From Candidatus Fermentibacteraceae bacterium (GTDB lineage: Bacteria > Fermentibacterota > Fermentibacteria > Fermentibacterales > JCC-6): a DNA stretch of 27,889 nucleotides. The notes under the pieces were generated by a model, which was given only the letters and a program-made list of their open reading frames with translations, was not told the origin of the DNA and did not search any database. The stretch spans positions 1-27,889 of the forward strand of contig JAWLEP010000034.1 of the NCBI GenBank assembly GCA_041686025.1. The letters are read 5' to 3'. The first letter of the stretch is position 1. Every line of letters begins with the position of its first letter. Positions 21,943-27,889 of this stretch are shown piece by piece. A program made the position numbers and the translations under genes.

Positions 21943-22653
21943 ATGATCGACAAGCAGGTGGAATCCGTTGCCGGGGCCGTGGACGACGTGCATGACGGCG
22001 CGACGGTGCTGATCGGCGGCTTCGGTGCGGCAGGCAGTCCCATCGAGCTGATCCACGCACTGATCGACCTCGGCGTGAAGGACCTGACGGTGGGGAGCAA
22101 CAACACCGGCAGCGGGCAGGTGGGGCTGGCCGCCCTGATCCGGAACGGTCAGGTATCCAAGATGATATGCTCGTTTCCCCGGACGGCGAACTCCACGGTC
22201 TTCCCCGAGCTCTACCGCGCCGGCAGGATTGACCTGGAGCTGGTCCCGCAGGGGACGCTGGCCGAACGGATTCGCGCCGGCGGCGCGGGCATTCCCGCGT
22301 TCTACACCCCGTCGTCCGTGGGGACGGTTCTGGCCGAGGGCAAGGAGACCCGCCGCTTCGACGGCCAGGATTACGTGATGGAGTACGGCCTCAGGGCGGA
22401 CTTCGCGCTGGTCAAGGCGAAGAGGGCCGACCGCTACGGCAACCTCGTCTACAACAAGACCGCGCGCAACTTCGGCCCCATCATGTGCACGGCGGCCGAG
22501 ACCGCCATCGTGCAGGTGGAGGAGGTCGTCCCCGCAGGCGGGATCGATCCCGAGTGCGTCGTGACTCCCGGAATCTTCGTCGACCGCGTCGTCGTGGTCA
22601 GGCAGCCGGCCCAGGAATCGGTGCTCGTGCAGGAGGGGCAGGTATACCCATGA
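21943..22653 (+). CDS. pcaI: 3-oxoacid CoA-transferase subunit A (3-oxoadipate CoA-transferase type)
   Basis: MIDK start after GAGGGG; DGATVLIGGFG, SNNTG, CSFPR (PcaI-type), PQGTLAERIRAGGAGIP, RNFGP and TPGIFVD. Confidence 0.88.
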   Translation: MIDKQVESVAGAVDDVHDGATVLIGGFGAAGSPIELIHALIDLGVKDLTVGSNNTGSGQVGLAALIRNGQVSKMICSFPRTANSTVFPELYRAGRIDLELVPQGTLAERIRAGGAGIPAFYTPSSVGTVLAEGKETRRFDGQDYVMEYGLRADFALVKAKRADRYGNLVYNKTARNFGPIMCTAAETAIVQVEEVVPAGGIDPECVVTPGIFVDRVVVVRQPAQESVLVQEGQVYP

Positions 22654-23354
22654 GCGACGGAAGAGGCTCCCCGAAGAAGGGATGGAGCAGGGAAGGCATG
22701 GCCAGGCGCCTGGCCGTGGACGTTCCCGACGGCTCCTACGTCAATCTGGGCATAGGCATGCCCGAGCTGGTGGCGCAGTTCCTGCCTTCCGACCGGGAGG
22801 TCCTGTACCACACCGAGAACGGCCTTCTGGGGATGGGCCCGCCGCCCCACCCCGACGGGGTCGACCCGGAGCTGATAAACGCCGGCAAGAAGCCGGTGAC
22901 CGCGATTCCGGGGGCCGCCTACTTCCACCACGCCGACAGCTTCACCATGATCCGCGGCGGCCACATAGACCTCTGTGTGCTGGGCGCCATGCAGGTCTCC
23001 GCCTCGGGCGACCTGGCCAACTGGTCCACAGGCGCGGAGGGTGCAATCCCGGCGGTGGGCGGCGCCATGGATCTGGTGCAGGGCGTTCGGACCATCTACG
23101 TGATTACCCGGCACGCCACGAAGAGGGGAGCCCCGAAGATCGTCTCGTATTGCACCTTCCCGCTTACCGGCAGGGCCTGTGTGGATCGCATCTACACCGA
23201 CCTCGCCGTTATGGACGTAGAGCCGGAGGGCCTGGTGGTTAGCGAGCTCGCCCCGGGCGTCAGCTTCGAGCAGGTCCGGGAGGCAACCGACGCCGACGTC
23301 ATCGCGGGGGAGGGGCTTGCAGACCCCGGCACCGGGAAGGGCGGTGGAGCATGA
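22650..23354 (+). CDS. pcaJ: 3-oxoacid CoA-transferase subunit B (3-oxoadipate CoA-transferase type)
   Basis: ATGA overlap with subunit A; YVNLGIGMP, HTENG (catalytic Glu), LINAGK, IRGGHID, GDLANW and VGGAMDL. Confidence 0.88.
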   Translation: MSDGRGSPKKGWSREGMARRLAVDVPDGSYVNLGIGMPELVAQFLPSDREVLYHTENGLLGMGPPPHPDGVDPELINAGKKPVTAIPGAAYFHHADSFTMIRGGHIDLCVLGAMQVSASGDLANWSTGAEGAIPAVGGAMDLVQGVRTIYVITRHATKRGAPKIVSYCTFPLTGRACVDRIYTDLAVMDVEPEGLVVSELAPGVSFEQVREATDADVIAGEGLADPGTGKGGGA

Positions 23355-24670
23355 CCCCCGAAGAGACCAGAAGTCGCGAGCTCTACGAACGAGCGCTGCA
23401 GGTGATGCCGGGGGGTGCCAGCCGGAACACCATCCTCAGGAAGCCCCACCCGCTGTATGTGGTGCGCGGCGAGGGCTGTCGCGTGTACGACGTGGAGGGG
23501 GTGGAGCGCATCGATTTCGCCAACAACATGGCCTCTCTGATCCACGGCCACGCTCACCCGGAGATAGTAGATGCGGTATCGGAGCAGCTCAGGCGGGGCA
23601 CCGCCTTCACCCTGGGCACGGAGCGGGAGATCGAGTACGCCGAGCACATGGTCGGCCGGGTCGACTCCTTCGACAAGATCCGCTTCGTCAACTCCGGCAC
23701 CGAGGCCGTGATGGGGTGTCTGAAGGCCTCGCGCGCCTTCACCGGCCGGCCGAAGATCGCCAAGGTGGAGGGAGCCTACCACGGCCTCTACGACTTCGCC
23801 GAGGTCAGCCAGACCGCGCAGCCGACAACCTGGGGTGACCCCCGTCGCCCCGCCAGCGTACCCGTTGCGTACGGTACGCCCCGGGGCGTGCTGGAAGACG
23901 TGATAATCATCCCCTACAACGACCCCGAGCGGGCGGTGGAGATACTGGACGACCGTGCCGACGAGATCGCCTGCGTGCTCGTGGACCCCGTACCGCACCG
24001 CGTAGGCCTCATCCCGGTGGAACAGGAGTTCGTGAGGACCCTCCGTGAATGGACGGAGAGGAACGGCTCGCTTCTGGTCTACGACGAGGTCATCACCCTC
24101 CGGGTCGCCTACGGAGGCGCCCAGGAGCGGCACGGGGTCCGTCCCGACCTGACGGCCCTGGGCAAGATGATAGGAGGCGGTTTCCCCGTGGGCGCCATCG
24201 CGGGACGGCGCGAGGTGATGGACGTGATGGACCCGCTGGCTCCTGCAGTCCTCTTCCCGCACTCGGGCACCTTCTCGGCGAATCCGATCACCATGACGGC
24301 GGGCCACACGGCCATGAGGCTCTACACCCCGGAGGCGATCCAGCGGATCAACGCCCTCGCCGAACGCGCCAGGAGGCAGATCGAGGACGCCATTCGGGTT
24401 GCCGGGGTTACGGCATGCGTCACGGGAGCGGGATCCATGCTGCGCGTGCACTTCAAGCCGGAGCCGCCGAGGGAGTACCGGACGTCCTACATGGCCTCCG
24501 ACGAGGCCGGGCTGATGGAGGCGTTCCTCGACTACCTGTTCGACAACGGCATTGTCCTGATCAACACCGGCACGGTCATGCTCTCCACGGTTATGACCGA
24601 GTACGAGATCGACACCCTGAGCGAGGCGATGCTGGGCGGATTACGGAAGGTCAGGGAGCTATACCCGTGA
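23351..24670 (+). CDS. Class III PLP aminotransferase, GSA-aminomutase-like fold, probably a beta-amino acid transaminase
   Basis: MPGGASR, RFVNSGTEA, EGAYHG, DEVIT, ALGKMIGGG (PLP lysine) and HSGTFSANP; ATGA overlap with pcaJ. Confidence 0.88.
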   Translation: MTPEETRSRELYERALQVMPGGASRNTILRKPHPLYVVRGEGCRVYDVEGVERIDFANNMASLIHGHAHPEIVDAVSEQLRRGTAFTLGTEREIEYAEHMVGRVDSFDKIRFVNSGTEAVMGCLKASRAFTGRPKIAKVEGAYHGLYDFAEVSQTAQPTTWGDPRRPASVPVAYGTPRGVLEDVIIIPYNDPERAVEILDDRADEIACVLVDPVPHRVGLIPVEQEFVRTLREWTERNGSLLVYDEVITLRVAYGGAQERHGVRPDLTALGKMIGGGFPVGAIAGRREVMDVMDPLAPAVLFPHSGTFSANPITMTAGHTAMRLYTPEAIQRINALAERARRQIEDAIRVAGVTACVTGAGSMLRVHFKPEPPREYRTSYMASDEAGLMEAFLDYLFDNGIVLINTGTVMLSTVMTEYEIDTLSEAMLGGLRKVRELYP

Positions 24671-24708
24671 CCTTCAGACAACACACCCTCTGACAGGAAG
24701 GTTCGAAC

Positions 24709-25917
24709 GTGCGAGACGCATTTATCTGCGATGCGACCCGGACCCCGGTAGGCAGGTACGGAGGGTCACTCTCGTCGGTTCGCACCGATGATCTCGCCAC
24801 CGTTCCCATCGTCGCGCTGATGGAGCGCCATGGGGAGCTCGATGGGGCGGGCGTCGACGAGGTGATCCTCGGCTGCGCAAACCAGGCCGGGGAGGACAAC
24901 CGCAACGTGGCACGCATGGCGCTGCTGCTGGCCGGCCTCCCCGAATCCGTTCCGGGGATCACGGTCAACCGGCTGTGTGCCTCGGGCATGTCCGCGGTGG
25001 GAATGGCCGCCAATGCGATAAGGGTGGGCGAGGGTGAGCTCATGGTGGCCGGAGGAGTTGAGAGCATGTCGCGCGCCCCAATCGTCATGGCCAAGGCCAC
25101 GAAGGCGTTCGACCGCAATGTGGAGGCCTACGACACCAGCATCGGCTGGCGGTTCGTCAACCCCAGGCTCCACCAGCGCTGCGGCACCGACTCCATGCCG
25201 GTCACGGCGGAGAACCTGGTGACGGAGTATGCCATAAGCCGCGAGGACCAGGACCGGTTCGCCTACTGGAGCCAGGAGAAGGCGGCGGCCGCCATGGCCG
25301 ATGGAAGGCTTGCCGAGGAGATCACGCCGGTAACCGTCCCCCGGCGGAAGGCCCCCCCCGTGGTGGTGGATACCGACGAGCACCCCCGGGACACATCCCC
25401 CGAGAAGCTCGCCGCCCTCAGGCCCCTGTTCGCCGACCCCGGCACGGTCACGGCGGGGAACGCCTCCGGTGTCAACGACGGCGCAGCCGCCCTCCTGGTG
25501 GCCTCGGGGAAAGCCGCGGAGGAGCACGGGCTGACGCCGCTGGTGCGCATAGTGGGCACGGCCTCCGCAGGAGTGCCGCCGCGGGTTATGGGCCTGGGCC
25601 CCGTGCCCGCCACCCGCAAGCTCCTCGATCGTCTGGGCATGTCCTTGGAGCAGATGGACTTAATCGAGCTCAACGAGGCTTTCGCCGCTCAGGCTCTGGC
25701 CTGCATCCGCCAGCTGGGTCTGGCCGACGACGACCCGCGGATAAACCCCCTCGGCGGAGCCATCGCCCTGGGGCACCCGCTGGGCATGAGCGGCGCCCGG
25801 ATCGTGACCTCGGCCGTTCACCAGCTGCGCCGCACCGGGGGCCGCTATGCGCTCTGCACCCTCTGCGTGGGCGTGGGCCAGGGCGTGGCCATGGTGCTGG
25901 AGAGGGTGGAGCAGTGA
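24709..25917 (+). CDS. pcaF: Acetyl-CoA C-acyltransferase (thiolase), 3-oxoadipyl-CoA thiolase PcaF/PaaJ type
   Basis: [54 protein letters not shown] and CVGVGQG; GTG start after GGAAGG. Confidence 0.88.
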   Translation: MRDAFICDATRTPVGRYGGSLSSVRTDDLATVPIVALMERHGELDGAGVDEVILGCANQAGEDNRNVARMALLLAGLPESVPGITVNRLCASGMSAVGMAANAIRVGEGELMVAGGVESMSRAPIVMAKATKAFDRNVEAYDTSIGWRFVNPRLHQRCGTDSMPVTAENLVTEYAISREDQDRFAYWSQEKAAAAMADGRLAEEITPVTVPRRKAPPVVVDTDEHPRDTSPEKLAALRPLFADPGTVTAGNASGVNDGAAALLVASGKAAEEHGLTPLVRIVGTASAGVPPRVMGLGPVPATRKLLDRLGMSLEQMDLIELNEAFAAQALACIRQLGLADDDPRINPLGGAIALGHPLGMSGARIVTSAVHQLRRTGGRYALCTLCVGVGQGVAMVLERVEQ

Positions 25918-26297
25918 GCGGGACCGACCACGTCACCGACCTGGGCATGGTCCCGGTGGGATTCGTGGACGGCGAGTACGTCGTCGAGCTCGACCTCGAG
26001 GAGCGCCATCTCAACATCGGGGGCATTGCCCACGGCGGCATCTACTGCAGTCTGCTGGACACCGCAATGGCAAGGTCGTTCATCAAATCGGTGTCTGACA
26101 CGGGCCTTCCCGCGGTGACGCTGGAGATGAAGGTCAACTTCCTGGGGGCGGCAGGCGGCGGCAAGCTCACCGCCCGCGGGAGGGTGGTGGCGAAGACCAG
26201 GCGCACCGTGCTCGTCGAGGGCCGCGTGGAGGACGGGGAGGGCCGGCTCCTGGCCCGGGCCTCGGCAACGATGATGAAGACCTCCAGGCAGGGCTGA
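25914..26297 (+). CDS. PaaI-family hotdog-fold acyl-CoA thioesterase
   Basis: [31 protein letters not shown] and [14 protein letters not shown] overlap with the thiolase stop. Confidence 0.9.
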   Translation: MSGTDHVTDLGMVPVGFVDGEYVVELDLEERHLNIGGIAHGGIYCSLLDTAMARSFIKSVSDTGLPAVTLEMKVNFLGAAGGGKLTARGRVVAKTRRTVLVEGRVEDGEGRLLARASATMMKTSRQG

Positions 26298-26338
26298 CCA
26301 CCTCCGCGCCGGACTTGCCTAGAGACTCTGCTGCGCAG

Positions 26339-26380
26339 CATCCGCTGCAACTCCGAACACGGAAGTCAAGCCCTCCAGTG
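26339..26380 (+). repeat. Degenerate direct copy of an internal 5S rRNA segment
   Basis: 26352-26378 TCCGAACACGGAAGTCAAGCCCTCCAG versus 20146-20172 TCCGAACACGGAAGTTAAGCCCTCCAG (26/27). The ungapped match extends to 35/42 over 26339-26380 versus 20133-20174. Confidence 0.9.
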
Positions 26381-26505
26381 GCTCAGCCCAGGGGTATTCC
26401 ATCGTCGCCTGCAGAAGTGACTGAACCGGTTGGGTGCTTTTCCTCCGTTTTCGGTGTATTCTCTCGTACACGGCTCGGAATGAACACCGGGGAGGTAACT
26501 CGAAC

Positions 26506-27507
26506 ATGATGCTCATACTGGCGCTTCTGGCGTTTCCGTGGCCCGTGGAGGGTACCGGAGATCTTCACGCCATCGAGCTGATACCGTTTGGTGAGGGAAT
26601 AGCGGCAACGGGCCATGCCGGCAGCAGGCTGCTGGTTCTGGACGGCGAGCTGCGGCCGGCCCTGGACCTGACGGCCGAAGAGCTGGGGGTGGACTGGTTC
26701 AGGTCCATAGCGGCCGATCCTGCTGAAGGTGATCTCTGGGTGCTGGCCGAGGATGCGGGACCGTTCCTGTTCGGGTTCGACCGGGAGACGCTGGAGGATA
26801 CCGGCGGATATCGGGCGGAGCAGATAAGCAACCCGGTGGTAGACGGGTCCGGCCGCCTCTGGTTCTCTTCGGACGGCAACCTGTACAGGGACTTCGTGGA
26901 TATCGGTTTGCCGGTGTGTACCAACGGCCTGGCGGTGAGCGCCGACGGTGAGCAGCTGGCATGGGTGGACGGCGAGGACCGGGTCTGGAGCGCAAAGGTA
27001 TCCGACTTCGAGCCGGAGGTGGTGGAGGAGAGGCGCTCCATGGCCCCCTTCTACCTGCCCACCTCACCCGTTCTTGTGGTTCCGCTACTGGAGGGCGGCT
27101 TCGCCATGCACATGCCCGACGGCACGGCGCTGGAGATAGAGGAGGGCATGCAGCCGTCCTGGTGCCCGGTGCCCGAAGGTGTGGTCTACTGTATCTCCAG
27201 GGACGATGGCCACAACATCACCGAGTCCGACATCTACCTGGCTGCGATTACCGGGGAAGTGCTCAGGCTGACGGAGACTCCGGAGGCCCTGGAGACCAAT
27301 CCCTCGGTCTACGACGAGGGCCTCGTGGCGGTGGACGCCGCCAACGGCTGCCTTGTTGTGGTCCCCGACGACTGCCTGCCGAGGGCTTCGGGATACAGAG
27401 CCCCGGCGCCGGCCCACGCCGGCAGCTTTGCGCAGGAGTTGTCTCTACTCCTGGATGCGCTGCTCAGCCCGCGGAATCCGGGTAGTCCCTGCCGGCCTGT
27501 ACTGTAG
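26506..27507 (+). CDS. Exported TolB-like beta-propeller protein
   Basis: GGAGGT RBS; signal-like MMLILALLAFPWP; PD40-like segments LAVSADGEQLAW, PSWCPVPEGVVY and DIYLAAITGEVLRLTETPEALETNPS. Confidence 0.7.
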   Translation: MMLILALLAFPWPVEGTGDLHAIELIPFGEGIAATGHAGSRLLVLDGELRPALDLTAEELGVDWFRSIAADPAEGDLWVLAEDAGPFLFGFDRETLEDTGGYRAEQISNPVVDGSGRLWFSSDGNLYRDFVDIGLPVCTNGLAVSADGEQLAWVDGEDRVWSAKVSDFEPEVVEERRSMAPFYLPTSPVLVVPLLEGGFAMHMPDGTALEIEEGMQPSWCPVPEGVVYCISRDDGHNITESDIYLAAITGEVLRLTETPEALETNPSVYDEGLVAVDAANGCLVVVPDDCLPRASGYRAPAPAHAGSFAQELSLLLDALLSPRNPGSPCRPVL

Positions 27508-27541
27508 GTGCGTTTCGGTACTGATCAACCCGGGAGCGATG

Positions 27542-27826
27542 ATGAAAGGCAAGATCTACAAGCGCAGCGATGACATGGAACTTCGTGAGGTGGGCGCCGA
27601 GCTGATTCTGATCCCAGTGGCCGCCAGCGCCGAAGACACCGATAGCATCTACGTCCTCAACGAGACCGCCGCCGCCGCCTGGGACCTCTTCGACGGTGTC
27701 CTGACTCTTCGGGAGATGGCGGAAGAGATAGCACAGGGATTCGAGGTGACCCCGGAGAGGGCGCTGGAGGACCTGGAGCTGTACGTCGAAGAGCTCCTGG
27801 CCGCGGGGGCTCTGGAGGAGGTCTGA
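27542..27826 (+). CDS. PqqD-family protein (stand-alone RiPP recognition element-like)
   Basis: REVGAELILIP, IYVLNETAAAAWDLFDG, EIAQGFEVTPERALEDL and LLAAGAL; GGGAG RBS. ATG27539 is an alternative start. Confidence 0.85.
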   Translation: MKGKIYKRSDDMELREVGAELILIPVAASAEDTDSIYVLNETAAAAWDLFDGVLTLREMAEEIAQGFEVTPERALEDLELYVEELLAAGALEEV

Positions 27827-27889
27827 GGTGGAGTGCTAGGGCCGCCTTCCGCAGCGAACACCTCTGCGCACGGAGTGGACTGACAGCTG

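Noticed and set aside
23351..24670. Calling the aminotransferase hemL
   Set aside because: It lacks the PGGVNSPVR motif and the context is catabolic, not tetrapyrrole synthesis.
21943..25917. Ordinary beta-ketoadipate (aromatic ring-cleavage) operon
   Set aside because: No dioxygenase, cycloisomerase, lactone hydrolase or PcaR gene is present; the genes are interleaved with an aminotransferase and follow an oxygen-sensitive aminomutase.
27833..27883. 16-codon ORF (VLGPPSAANTSAHGVD) after the PqqD gene as a RiPP precursor
   Set aside because: It is very short, has poor SD spacing and no leader-like motif, so it cannot be supported.

Overview
GC-rich bacterial chromosome segment, probably from a deep-branching or uncultured lineage given its divergent 16S. 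In order: tRNA-Glu and tRNA-Lys (minus strand); an operon of an orphan RND/AcrB-family transporter, birA, a PIN-PhoH ATPase and a membrane SGNH hydrolase; wrbA; a minus-strand pair of a GT-C glycosyltransferase and a B12-domain-like radical SAM protein; a PAP2 phosphatase/alpha-beta hydrolase fusion; small hypothetical genes; a degenerate hybrid-histidine-kinase-like protein; a complete rrn operon (tandem promoters, 16S, tRNA-Ile, tRNA-Ala, 23S, 5S, terminator); a six-gene catabolic cassette; a secreted TolB-like protein; and a stand-alone PqqD/RRE protein. The best candidate for a new system is the cassette at 20355-26297: a KamA-family radical SAM 2,3-aminomutase lacking the lysine-binding aspartates, PcaI/PcaJ-type CoA transferase, a beta-amino-acid-type class III aminotransferase, a PcaF-type thiolase and a PaaI thioesterase. 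It reads as an alpha-to-beta amino acid to 3-oxoacyl-CoA degradation route for a non-lysine substrate. The cassette lies between the 5S rRNA gene and a 27-bp (26/27 identical) direct copy of internal 5S sequence, which suggests an islet inserted at 5S rDNA. All assignments were made by eye from motifs; no database searches were run.
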